Shown in pieces: positions 39,755 through 52,507 of a stretch of DNA of 64,000 nucleotides; position 1 is the first letter of the stretch; every line of letters starts with the position of its first letter. The translations under genes and the position numbers were made by a program. The stretch comes from Octopus sinensis (Eukaryota): assembly GCF_006345805.1 (NCBI RefSeq), contig NC_043021.1, positions 5,208,001 to 5,272,000 on the forward strand, written 5' to 3'. Below the pieces are notes generated by a model. The model did no database searches and had not been told where the DNA came from. It saw nothing but the letters and a program-made list of their open reading frames with translations.

Positions 39755-42700
39755 ATCATCATCATCATCATCATCATCATTTAGCGTCCGTTTTCCATGC
39801 TAGCATGGGTTGGACGGTTCAACTGGGGTCTGGGGAGCCCGAAGGCTGCACCAGGCCAGTCAGATCTGGCAGTGTTTCTACAGCTGGATGCCCTTCCTAA
39901 CGCCAACCACTCCGAGAGTGTAGTGGGTGATTTTATGTGCCACCGACACAGGTGCCAGACGAGGCTGGCGAACGGCCACGCTCGGATGGTGTTTTTATGT
40001 GCCACCGACACAGGTGCCAGACGGGGCTGGCAGACGGCCACGCTCGGATGGTGTTTTTATGTGCCATCGACACAGGTGCCAGATGAGGCTAGCAGGTGCC
40101 AGACGAGGCTGGCAGACGGCCACGCTCGGATGGTGTTTTTATGTGCCACCGACACAGGTGCCAGATGAGGCTGGCGGACGGCCACGATCGGATGGTGTTT
40201 GTTACGTCCCCAAAGCACGGAGGCCAGTCTATGCGGTACTGGCTACGGCCACGTTCGGATGATTTTCTTGTGTGCCACCGGCACTGGTACCACAAAGATA
40301 CAAATTCCATTTATGTTCATCTAATTTGATTTGTTTTGATTTGATTTGATTTTCACTTGCCTCAACAGGTCTTCACAAGTGTCACTTGCCTCAACAGGTC
40401 TTCACAAGTGTTACAAGAAGGAAGGTATGCACAGGTGGACTGTCTACGTCGCCGGGTCTTCGGATGGTGTCTTTATGTGCCACCGACACAGGTGCCAGAT
40501 GTGGCTGGCGAACGGCCACGATCGGATGGTTTTCTTGTGTGCCGCCGGTACTGGAACCACAAAGATACAAATTCCATTGATGTTCATCTATTTTGATTTG
40601 GTTTGATTTTCACTTGCCTCAACAGGTCTTCACAAGTGTCACGCGTGTCACACACTTGCCTCAACAGGTCTCCACAAGTGTCACACACTTGCCTCTGCCT
40701 CAACAGGTCTTCACAAAGTGTCACACACTTGCCTCTGCCTCAACAGGTCTTCACAAGTGTCATAAGAGGGAAGGTATGCACAGGTGGACTGACTACGTCG
40801 CCGGGTCTTTGGATGGTGTTTTTATGTGCCACCGACACAGGTGCCAGGTGAGGCTGGCGAACGGCCACGATCAGATGGTGTTTGTTGTGCCCACAGCACG
40901 GAGGCCAGTCGATGCGGTACCAGCTACGGCCACTTCGGATGGTTTTCTTGTGTGCCACCGGTACTGGAACCACAAAGATACAAATTCCATTGATATTCAT
41001 CTATTTTGATTTGGTTTGATTTTCACTTGCCTCAACAGGTCTTCACAAGTGTCACACACTTGCCTCAACAGGTCTTCACAGGTGTCATAAGAGGGAAGGT
41101 ATGCACAGGTGGACTGACTACGTCGCCGGGTCTTCGGATGGTGTCTTTATGTGCCACTGGCACAGGTGCCAGATGAGGCTGGCGAACGGCCACGATCGGA
41201 TGGTGTTTGTTGTGCCCACAGCACGGAGGCCAGTCGATGCGGTACTGGTTACGGCCACATTTGGGTGGTTTTCTTGTGTGCCACCGGCACTGGTACCACA
41301 AAGAATACAATTCCACTGATGTTCATCTATTTTGATTTGTTTTGATTTGATTTGATTTTCACTTGCCTCAACAGGTCTTCATAAGTGTCACAAGAAGGAA
41401 GGTATGCACAGGACTGACTACGTCCCAGGTCGGGGCCACGGGTTATGGCCTGACTAGTCTTGCCGGGTCTTCTCATGCACAGCATACTTCCATAGGTCTC
41501 GGTCTCTAGACATTTCCTTAGTGAGACCTAAAGTTCGAAGGTCGTGCTTCACCACCTCGTCCCAGGTTTTCCTGGGTCTACCTCTTCCACAGGTTCCCTC
41601 CACTGCTAGGGTGTAGCACTTTTGCACACAACTATCTTCAGCCTTTCTTGTCACATGACCATACCAGCGCAGCCGTCTCTCTTGCACGCCACAACTGACG
41701 CTTCTTAGGTTCAGCTTTTCTCTCAAGGAACTTACACTCTGACGATTATGAACACTGACATTACACATCCATCGGAGCATACTGGCTTCATTTCTTGCGA
41801 GCTTACGCATATCCTCAGCAGTCACGGCCCATGTTTCACTACCATGTAGCATGGCTGTACGTACACATGCATCATACAGTCTGCCTTTTACTCTGAGCGA
41901 GAGGCCTTTTGTCACCAGCAGGGGTAAGAGCTCTCTAAACTTTGCCCAGGCTATTCTTACTCTAGCAGTTACACTTTCAGCACACCCACCCCCGCTACTG
42001 ACTTGGTCTCCTAGGTAGCGGAAGCTATCAACTACTTCTAGTTTGTCTCCCTGGAACGTGGCAGAAGTTGGTCTCTGCATATTTCCAGTGTTTATTGCTC
42101 CTGAGCATTTGCCACAGACAAAAACTATTTTCCTAGTTAGCCTTCCTTTGACATTGCTGCACCTCTTATGTGTCCATAGCTTACACTTGGTGCATCTTAT
42201 AGAGTTTCTACCTACACCTTTTTTACAGATCGAGCAGGGCCATCTACCTGAAGGCGTTTGTGATTGATCTACCTTCCTACTTATTAGAACTTTGGTTTTG
42301 GCTAGGTTGATTCTAAGGCCCTTCGATTCTAATCCTTGTTTCCACACCTGGAACTTCTCCTCCAGTTCTGATAGTGACTCAGCAATTAGAGCAAGGTCAT
42401 CAGCATAGAGGAGCTCCCAGGGGCAACCTGTCTTGAATTCCTCCGTTATTGCCTGGAGGACTATGATAAATAGGAGGGGACTGAGGACTGAACCTTGGTG
42501 GACCCCAACCTCTACCCGGAATTCTTCACTGTACTCATTGCCCACCCTCACCTTACTAGCAGCGTCTCTGTACATGGCTTGCACAGCTCTCACCAACCAT
42601 TCTTCTATCCCTAGTTTCCTCATTGACCACCAGATAAGGGACCGGGGGACCCTGTCAAAGGCTTTCTCCAAGTCAACAAAAGCCAGGTACAAGGGCTTAT

Positions 42701-43616
42701 CTTTGGCTAGGTATTTCTCCTGCAGCTGTCTTACCAGGAATATAGCATCAGTAGTACTTTTCCCTGGCACGAACCCAAACTGCATATCATCTAAGGTAAC
42801 TCTCTCTCTAATTAGTTGGGCTACAACCCTCTCCGTAACCTTCATTACCTGATCCAGCAGCTTGATGCCCCTGTAGTTATTTGTCTCTAGGGCGTCGCCT
42901 TTACCTTTGTAGCAGTTGACTATTATGCTGCTACACCAGTCATTGGGTATGACCCCCTCGTGTATCACCTGGTTAACTATACGGGTGACTAAGCTATAGC
43001 CGACACCACCAGATATTTTGAGCATCTCTGCAGTAATTCCTGATGGGCCTGGGGCTTTCCCTGTTTTCATGCTTCTAATTGCCTTATCTACTAAGGAACT
43101 GTTAACTCGGATTGCTGGTCCCTCTGTTGGGTCGACATTCGGCAGACTCTCTTTATCCCATTCATTTTCTTCATTCAGCAACCTATCATAGTGGCGTCTC
43201 CAAGTCTCTCTCTTTGCACCCTCATTAAGTGCAAGTGAACCGTCCTCCTTGCGAACACATTTCTCTCCTACCACGTCACGATTCTCTCTCACACACTGTC
43301 TTGCAACACGAAATACCTCAAGTCTTTCATCCTCACGACGCAGGACATTGGCAAATTTTTCCTTCTCTGCTTCCCCTCTGGCTAGATAGACCTGTCTCCT
43401 GGCTTCCCTTCTGGCAGACTGATACACTTCCCTGCTACCACCGTTCTTCCAGGCCTTCCAAGCCTGTTTCTTTTGTCTAATAGCCCTGTCAACGATATTG
43501 TTCCACCACCACGTTATTTTGGGTCTTAAGGGGACTTTGCACCAGCCACAGATCTGGTCAGCGGCTTTCAGCAGGTTGTCCCTCAGAAGCGTCCAGTTGT
43601 CAGAAGCGTCCAGTTG
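39755..43616 (-). mobile_element. Young 5'-truncated RTE-clade LINE: uninterrupted RT ORF (stop at 41454), amplified 3' UTR, (ATG)n tail
   Basis: ORF with KAPGPSG, QFGF, LEKAFD, QGSVLSP, YADD, FRYLG and RGRPRKTW motifs; no stops or frameshifts over about 720 codons; endonuclease domain absent; tail seen as (CAT)n at 39755-39781. Confidence 0.95.
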
Positions 43617-44624
43617 TATATATATACAGTTGTATATATATGTATATATATACTGGCAAAATGTTATCTGTAGGAAGAACATTAAATAAATGTACAATCC
43701 AGATGTGGATAATCTAGACCTAGGTTTCGAACTTTCCAAATTACATTTGTTAACCTGTAGGTACAATCATGTACAAGCCTGCAGGTATAATCATGGATGT
43801 ATGGTTGAAAAGTTTAGTTCCCAATTACATGGTTCCAGGTTCAATCCTATTGCAAAGTACTTTGGGCAAGTTTCTTCAGCTATAGCCCTGACCACAGCTT
43901 TGTGAGCGAATTTTTGTAGACAGAAACTAAGAAGCCCATTGTTTATATATGTGTGTGTATGAGTTTGTGTCACTTTGTCTTGACATCATACAAGTTGTGT
44001 CATTTATTTCCAACATTCTTGGAGAATATGTCTGGCCATGGGAAAATATCTATCGTACTTGGAAAGAGGTGAGGATTGGTGACAGGAAAGTCATCTGGCC
44101 TTAGAAAATCTACCTCAATGAACTGCATCTGATCCATGCAATCATTGGAAAATGGGTGTTAAAACAGTGGTGGCAGTGGTGGTCTCCTCTTCCTCAAATA
44201 CACAAATTACTAAAGGCTTGTATCTCTTGCCATATGCCCTCTACTAAATCAAGTGGGTGCCCCATAAAAGTACAGCTTTTTTTTTTTAACCTCAACTGGT
44301 CCTGCTTTATTTGTCGTTATTTCAAAAGAAATCAAAGAGGATAACATTTAAACAATACCCGAAGGAATTTCTCTCCAGGATATTCAGATACATTTTGACC
44401 CATAACTCCAGCCCCCTATACAAATTCGGCTTTGTGGTCCCAAAATATAACTTACAAGACTTCACTGGGTAGTGCTGTTAAGTTAGACATGGTCTAAGCC
44501 CTTAATGACTGAAACCTATTTATGTGTATGTGTACCTATGCGAGTATATCTGTGTGCATGTGTATATGACTATGTATGTTGAGGTGGGTATATACGTTGG
44601 TGTGTGCATGTGCGCATAACCCTG

Positions 44625-44990
44625 AGCACCTTTTCAAACTCCATCCGTCTAACACCCATAGACATATTTACAAAGTCAGAAAACAGCACAGCTCCCACGA
44701 CTTTCGGAAACATTTTTTCACGCTAGAGTTGCTGAAGCATGGAACAAACTGCCAGCATCAGTTGTTAGTTGTCGGAGCACTGCATCCTTCAAAACTTCCA
44801 TGCTTCCTGAGATTCGCCAACACTACACCTGATTTTCTCCCCTTCATACACACACAAGCATGTATCTGACTCATACATTATTCGCTTTCCAGATACTTAT
44901 ACATTACTGCATATACTTTATACGCACTGTCTGACAAGTTGTGGTGCACCTGAGCACTGTATACAATAATTTCATTATTATTATTATTAT
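44625..44990 (+). mobile_element. 3' end of the same CR1-like family, inverted relative to 48160-48520
   Basis: Roughly 85% identity (estimated by eye) to the reverse complement of 48160-48520; (TTA)n tail. Confidence 0.88.
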
Positions 44991-45042
44991 ATGTCAAGAT
45001 GGCTTTTGTTCATAAAAGTGATACATTTAACTATATTTGCAG

Positions 45043-45180
45043 CAAGATGGCTTCAAACTGGCTGATGTCAAAGCTCAGCTAGACAGCGGTATTGAAATTC
45101 ATAACTTTACCTGTGATGCTGAACCAGAGTTTTCCATGATGTGTGTATTAGGGACCACGAATCTTTTTATGACATGCGAG
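45043..45180 (+). CDS. RPAIN: RPA-interacting protein, exon 6
   Basis: QDGFKLADVKAQLDSGIEIHNFTCDAEPEFSMMCVLGTTNLFMTCE (H..C..PEF and L.M.C motifs); 138 nt, phase 0-0. Confidence 0.92.
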
Positions 45181-46620
45181 GTAAGCTTATTTCCATGATG
45201 TTGCTCATTGTTTTTCAATCGAAAGGTGTTACGTCTGGGTAAGGTACAGAGAGATATGACAGGGTGGTGCTGTAGTAGGATGGTGAGAGGGGGTGCTATG
45301 CTAAGAGAAGTAAAGTTGAGCTTGGAGGAAAGAGTGAACAGTTAGGAGGTGATGCTTGGGGGAGGAGTGTTGCTGTTTATTGATGGGAAACCAAGGGCTA
45401 GGGGTGAAAGATGGTAGAATAGAGCAATGGAGAGTAAACCATAGAGGACTGACAAAACAGAAAATCGAAAAATGAAGGAAAACAAGAAAGAAAAAATATT
45501 AAAATATATAAAAAAATAGCCTCATGCTAGTAGGGTATTAAGAGCACCATCCGAGTGTGATTGTTGCCAGAGCGGCTATCTGGCCTCTGTGCCGGTGACA
45601 CATAAAAGACACCGTTCATGTGTGATGGTTACCAGCATCGCCTTACTGGCACCTGTGCCAGTGGCATGTGTAAAAGATTCGAGCGAGGTCGTTGCCAGTA
45701 CCGCCTGACTGGCCCCGTGGCAGTGGCACGTAAAAGCACCCACTACACTCTCGGAGTGGTTGGCGTTAGGAAGGGCATCCAGCTGTAGAAACTCTGCAAG
45801 ATCAAGATTGGAGCCTGGTGCAGCCATCTGGTTCACCAGCCCTGTCAAATCGTCCAACCCATGCTAGCATGGAAACCGGACGATAAACGATGATGATGAT
45901 AATGTATATATATATATGTATATGTATATGAGGGTTCATAGCCTAGTAGTTAGGGTGTTTCACCCATGATCACTAGATAGTGATTTCAATTCCTAGACTG
46001 GGCGGTGCATGGTGTTCATGAGCAAAACAGTTCCTCTCATGTTGCTCTGCGATCACTTTGACACCTGGTGAGTGGTATACTGTGGACCTGTTCAGACAAC
46101 GTCAATTTGATGGAGAGCGTGAGCTAATGTGTGGCATGACCATTTGATCACTATTAACAAATCATTTGCATAGGTCGTTTGGCGGCAAAAGCTGAACGCT
46201 CATACGTCGTCTTCAACGGGAGAGTCCATCATATGTATGTAGCAAAATGACTCATATTAAGTTGATGTTTGGAGCACAAGTTAACAGAAATTTTGATGGC
46301 AGGTTTTACTTTAGATCACCCTAAAGCAGAAAGTTTGTATTATGGAACCATGACAGTCTCAAGTGGGTTGGTATCAGAAGGATTCGATGTTAATTTTTTT
46401 TTAATTTATATTTTTTAGATATTCTTGATAGTTTTTTTTTAATGTTCTTTTTTACATGTCATTTTTTTCATAATTATTTTCTTACATATTTCAGGTTTTT
46501 TATAAATAATTTCTTTTTATAAATCATTATTTCCCTTTATTTGCCTTCAAAAATTTTTTCTTGCAATGTCCTAATTTCCATGTTACTAAACCGGTCTCGT
46601 ATGTCTGTTGTATTTTGCAG

Positions 46621-46650
46621 GCATGTGACTTTATGCACATTATTATTTAA
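46621..46650 (+). CDS. RPAIN: RPA-interacting protein, exon 7 (terminal); joined CDS 717 nt, 238 aa
   Basis: TTTTGCAG|ACDFMHIII-TAA completes the C-terminal CxxC and resembles the remembered human ACDTWAVIL end. AATAAA near 46850-46880. Confidence 0.88.
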   Translation, partial: ACDFMHIII

Positions 46651-48159
46651 ATGTGTCCTTCACAGCAATTCATTTGCCAGCCATCCTTTGAAAATGATGA
46701 AGCTTGTTGGTTTGTTTGTTTTTTTTTTTTGCTACATTGAAACCACATACACATCCATACATACACACACTCACACCTGTTCAGATACCATTCTAAAAAC
46801 ATTTGTAAATAGTCATGTATATTTCTTGAATCACAAAAGTAAGATTTTAATAAATGCTTTATATTTTTTTTTTAAATAAAACTAGTTGATATTGTTTTGT
46901 CATCAATTCTTTAAACTTCCATTTATTTTATTGAATATATATTTCTCTCATACTGCATCCTTCTCTACTTCCATATTTACTTAGTATAATGTTTCTTCTC
47001 CCCAGTCAAGGTTTGTAGTCTCACAAATTGCATGGCAATTTCACCAGTGCTGGGGTACAAAAAAAGGTACCCAGCATGGAGAGGACATCCAGCTATAGAA
47101 ATTAAACTGAACAGACTCTGTGCTAAATATAGTCCCTAGGTCCATTGGATCCCTGTCAAACGGTTTGAACCTTACCTATTTCTTTATTACCCACAAGGGG
47201 CTAAACATAGAGGGGACAAACAAGGACAGACATAGGTATTAAGTCGATTGCATCGACCCCAGTGCGTAACTGGTGCTTAATTTATCGACCCCGAAAGGAT
47301 GAAAGGCAAAGTCGACCTTTGCGGAATTTGAACTCACAACGTAACGGCAGACGAAATACCGCTAAGCATTTCGCCCGGCGTGCTAACGTTTCTGCCAGCT
47401 TGCCGCCTTAAACTGTTTGATCCTTACCAGCATCAAACATGGAATTTTAATAATGATGATGGTAATGGAATTGTCAAACCATAGTGTCATTGATTACAGA
47501 TTTCAAGTGGGCTAATCACTGGTTCACTGCAGTTCAGATGGTACAAATGACAAGGGAGTATTGGTGAACTGATACAAAGCAAATATTGCAAAAGACTTTT
47601 CTTGAATTGCACACATTTTACAGTTTTGTCATCAACATACATGAGTGAGAAATACACACACACTCATACACACATTGCGTGTGTGTGTGTGTGACATTAA
47701 ATGATATGTGTATGTGCCTTTGTTTCATTTATGTTAGCATTTAGTTGATATATATATATGTAAAATATGAATTAGAGATAAAACCACTATTATGCAACAC
47801 AGTGATAGGCATAAACCCTCCACATGCAATAACCTTCTTTACGCATTGATTCACTGAATTTGTCAAGGTGAGTATATCCTCTTGTGTCATGCTTTGAGCA
47901 GCATCCCAGAGGGAAGCTTTACTTGAAAACTGCAGTCCATCTTTTAGTTTCCATCTACCAAATCCACTCAAAAGGCTTCAGGACATTTCACAGTTTCTGG
48001 ATCGGGTTTAAGTCAGGGAACAAGGCGGCCATTCCATCAAATGACCTTCAGAGAAGCCTGTTTGCTGCTGGTATTCCTTAGAATCCTTCACTGCATGAGA
48101 TGGGTTATTGCATGAAGACCAGCTTTCTCTTGAATGAAAGTTTTTTGCTTTTTGAAGTG

Positions 48160-49450
48160 ATAATAATAATAATGAAATTATTGTATACGGTGCTCAGGTG
48201 CACCACAACTTGTCAAAAGTGCATACAAAGCATATGCAGTAATGTACAAATGTCTGGGAAGTGAACAGTCTATGAGTCAGATACATGCTTGCGTGTGTAT
48301 GGAGGGGAGAAAATCAGGTGTAGTGTTGGCAAATCTCAGAAAGCATGGAAGTTTTGAAGGATGCAGTGCTCCGATAACTAACAACTGATGCCAGCAGTTT
48401 GTTCCATGCTTCAGCAACTCTTAGCATGAAAAAATGTTTCCGAAAGTCATGGGAGCTGTGCTGTTTTCTGACTTTGTAAACATGTCCATGGGTGTTAGAC
48501 AGATGGAGTTTGAAAAGGTGCTCAGAGTTATTGTTTGTAAGATGGTTAATAATTTTATGGGTGTCTGCCAAGTCAGCTGCCAGACGTTGGAGTTTTAATG
48601 TATCCATGCCCAGGGAAGTAAGGCATTCAGAATATGGTAGATACCTGATGGAGGGTATTCTCTTGGTTGCACGTTGCTGAACGGCTTCCAGACGATTAAT
48701 ATCCTGGGCAAGATAGGGGTTCCAGGTGAGATCACACCATAGCTATATAAAGCCTCAGATAGATAGCCAGAGAGTGGCTCACAAAGGACTTGGTAAGTGA
48801 TGCTAAGACACCCTCAGCCTTCTTGGCAATTTTAGCAATGTGTTTTGTCCAACGCAAATCGCTGTCGACAATAATGCCCAGATCACATTCACAAGAAGAC
48901 TTTTTGAGATTAGTGTTGTGGAGGGAGTAAGTAGACGCTGGGTTTTTCCTCCCAAAATGCATAGTGGGACATTTGTCCACAGCCAGCTTGAGTTGCCAGT
49001 CCATGATCCACTGCTGCATTGTGTCCAGGTCTGATTGCAATAAAGATCTATAGTGTACAGGATCTGTCCTCTTTATTTCGAGGTACAGCTTGATGTCATC
49101 TGCATTTTACAGCACTGTGGCATTCTTTAAGTTGGCATCTATGTCATTAACATATGCAACAAATAAAAGGGGGCCAAGAACAGATCCTTGTGGTACACCA
49201 GATGTCATCTCATAGGGTGAAGAGTGCTGTCGTAGAGCTGTGACAACCTGTTTTCGGCCGATAATGAAGGAACCCGTCATAGAGATCATCTCTTACACCC
49301 ATTGCAGAGAGTTTCACCATAAGTCTTTTGTGTGGCACAGAATTAAAGGCCTTAGCAAAGTCCAGGTAAACAACATCCACCCAGGATCCGCAATCAGTGA
49401 TTTGGGTAATGTCCTCAAGAAACTCTATGGCAATTACCTCATGAGTGGTT
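48160..49450 (-). mobile_element. CR1/Jockey-group LINE fragment (RT to 3' end) with (TTA)n tail
   Basis: VDVVYLDFAKAFNSVPHKRL, GVPQGSVLGPLLF, ADDIKL and C-terminal RKHFFMLRVAEAWNKL; disrupted frames. Confidence 0.88.
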
Positions 49451-49633
49451 GATTCAGTGACTTCTATTTCTCAAAGTGAGAAGATGTACCACAACGGTGG
49501 ATCATGACAATGTTTGGGTGGGGTACGAAACTTCAGGATGTGACATAAGTAAGTAACAAGTGAATAAAACCTGCAATAAAGTATTAACTAACACTTCAAA
49601 AAAGGGTTTCAATTAAAACTATATATATATATA

Positions 49634-50035
49634 GGTGCAGGAGTGGCTGTGTGGTAAGTAGCTTGCTAACCAACCACATGGTTCCGGGTTCAGTCCCACT
49701 GCGTGGCATCTTGAGCAAGTGTCTTCTGCTATAGCCCCGGGCCGACCAATGCCTTGTGAGTGGATTTGGTAGACGGAAACTGAAAGAAGCCTGTCGTGTA
49801 TATGTATATATATATAAGTGTGTGTGTATATGTTTGTGTGTCTGTGTTTGTCCCCCTAGCGTTGCTTGACAACCGATGCTGGTGTGTTTACGTCCCCGTC
49901 ACTTAGCGGTTCGGCAAAAGAGATCAATAGAATAAGTACTGGGCTTACAAAGAATAAGTCCCGGGGTTGATTTGCTCGACTAAAGGCGGTGCTCCAGCAT
50001 GGCCGCAGTCAAATGACTGAAACAAGTAAAAGAAT
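49634..50035 (+). mobile_element. tRNA-derived SINE family A, full-length exemplar; about 18 copies, e.g. 15530-15950, 34790-35165, 51050-51440, 57640-57990 (plus) and 16880-17260, 29480-29860, 36160-36510, 55750-56160, 58845-59240 (minus)
   Basis: Pol III A/B-box-like head (TGGTAAG...GGTTCAGTCCC), TTGGGCAAGTGTCTTCT central block, internal TA/TG microsatellite, GTAAAAGA tail. Confidence 0.9.
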
Positions 50036-51706
50036 ATATAGTAATGTCCTCAAGAAACTCCGATGGCAATTACCTCATGAGTGGTTGATTCAGTGACTTC
50101 CTCGATGTGTCGAGGTTCCGTAAGAGCTACGGGTAAATTGCTGAGCAAGGCACTCCGATACAACACCTCATTGCAAGGTTTTGCATATATGATGGCACTG
50201 ATTACTGTAGACCATTTTCTCACTTTGAGAAATAGAAGTAAAAACATTTTTCATGTGATACTGAAGTGTCTAAACAAGAGGGTGGTGGGGCCAGAATAAA
50301 ATAGCTTGGATTATGGTAGTTCAAGATATATTGTATTTGGAAAGAAAGACAGGCGGGTCATGGTGGGAATGCTTATGATCACAAGCCTGTCAGCTTGATC
50401 GGAGCTGATCTGGAGTTAAACAATAACCAGTAATTAAATAAATATCCATATTTCAATTTATTTATAATTGTATTATTTATTCAATCATGGCACATAAAAA
50501 GCACCATCCAAACGTGGCCGTTGCCAGCGCCGCCTTGACTGGCTTCTGTGCCGGTGGCACATAAAAAGCACCATCCGAACATGGCCAATGCCAGCGCCAC
50601 CTTGGCTGGCTTCCGTGCCGGTGGCACATTAAAAGCACCAACCGATTGTGGCCGATGCCAGACTCCCCCCTGGCACGTAAAAAGCACCCACTACACTCGC
50701 GGAGTGGTTGGCGTTAGGAAGGGCATCCAGCTGTAGAAACACTGCCAGATCAGACTGGAGCCTGGTGCAGCCCCTGGCTTCCCAGACTCCGGTCGAACCG
50801 TCCAACCCGTGCTAGCATGGAAAGCGGACCTTAAACGATGCTGATGAAACTGCATAAAGCATTCCTATCTTACTCTGAGCTTTCCCCTAATTTTTAACAA
50901 ACTTGAATAAACTAATATGCTCCACTGTATGTGTATATATACACACACATACATTTAGGTTTACATATCGTGTGTTTGTAACCACCCTCTACTTCTTGAC
51001 AACCATAATCGGTTTGTAATTTGGTGGTTCGCAAAAGATACAGATAGAATAAGTGTGGTAAGTAGCTTGTTTACCAACCACATGGTTCCGGGTTCAGTCC
51101 CACTGCGTGGCACCTTGGGCAAGTGTCTTCTACTATAGCCTCGGGCCGACCAAAGCCTTGTGAGTGGATTTGGTAGACGGAAACTGAAAGAAGCCCGTCG
51201 TATATGTGTGTATATATATATATATGTATGTGTATGTGTGTGTGTTTGTCCCCTTAGCATTGCTTGACAACCGATGCTGGTGTGTTTATGTCCCCGTCAC
51301 TTAGCGGTTCGACAAAAGAGACCGATAGAATAAGTACTGGGCTTACAAAAGAATAAGTCCCGGGGTCGTGTTGCTTGATTAAAGGCGGTGCTCCAGCATG
51401 GCCGCAGTCAAATGACTGAAACAAGCAATAGAGTAAAGAGAATAAGTACTGGGAGCGATTTGTTCAACTGAAACGGTTCAAGATGGGGGTCCCAGCACGG
51501 TTGCAGTCCAATGACTAAAGTAAAATATAAAAAACATTATGGGCTTTACACATTCAAGATGCATTTTTAGGGTTAGACCTGTGCTTCGCAAACACATTTT
51601 TTTTTTAGCTATTACTCCCTTTAATTTATTAAAACTTTTTAGGTGGACCTTCATCTGTGCCCGGTATCTTGCTACGGTTTAATAAAATTAAATACAGAAC
51701 ACAAAA

Positions 51707-52106
51707 GGTATCTTTTCAGTTTGAACAGCAGTTTTTCCTAGCGGTGTCATATGAAATTGTCACCCATAATTATGACCCTAGTATCGATCTATTGCATTTC
51801 AATCTGTTTTAGGGGAAGGGTATCTTTTTTTCTTCACAAATGTAAATAAACCCAATCTGTTTCTTAAACAAGGGACATGTTCATACGGCACAGAATGTTT
51901 TCACCTCAATAGACGTCATTGATTGGTGGAAATTGCAGAAATTGAAGAAAAAACAACAACAAATATCTTACAAACTATAGAATTTTCTCAATAAAGCCAA
52001 GGGAAAAAGATGTTTTATAAACACATTCTACTAGTATACGAAGTTTAAAATTTTTTAGTTACCTAGAAATTATGTTAAAAACTGCCGGTCAAACCGAAAA
52101 GATCCC
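51707..52106. mobile_element. MITE with ~30-bp TIRs just upstream of the GUSB start
   Basis: GGTATCTTTTCAGTTTGAACAGCAGTTTTT versus AAAAACTGCCGGTCAAACCGAAAAGATCCC. Confidence 0.7.
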
Positions 52107-52507
52107 ACCAAAGAACTTATTGAAAGAGGTTTATCTCTTTTAAAAGACTTGCATATATTATTAATATGGAATATCAATACATTTTGACTAAATGATTAAC
52201 TCTTAGAATAGAAATGTATAGCATTTTTCAAAATTAGAGCGGTTAAAACAAGCATCTCTCGTACCGCCCCTTTTTGTCTTCCGTACCCATACAAAATGTT
52301 CCCGTTGCCACCCCACCCGTGGTTAATACCGCCCTCTCTAAGAAGCACTGGTTTAGACTAAAACACTTGAGATCTACCGTTTCTCTAAACATTGCACACT
52401 TTGAAAAAGCATTTGGTTTAGAAACAGAACCTCAAGGTCTACTCCTTCTCGGAAAATACTTTTTGCCAGTCTCACAGCGACCACAGTTCCGCCAGTCGTC
52501 ACCAAGC

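Noticed and set aside
39930-41400. Regular repeats resembling a CRISPR array
   Set aside because: Eukaryotic context, no unique spacers, no cas genes; these are LINE 3' UTR tandem units.
43617-43766. First ~50 aa of the 770-aa ORF as part of the LINE protein
   Set aside because: Flanking TA-rich intron sequence that happens to be open; homology starts near 43616.
52274-52507. N-terminal extension of GUSB in the ORF track
   Set aside because: Starts at a non-ATG codon; the first ATG at 52508 gives a normal signal peptide.
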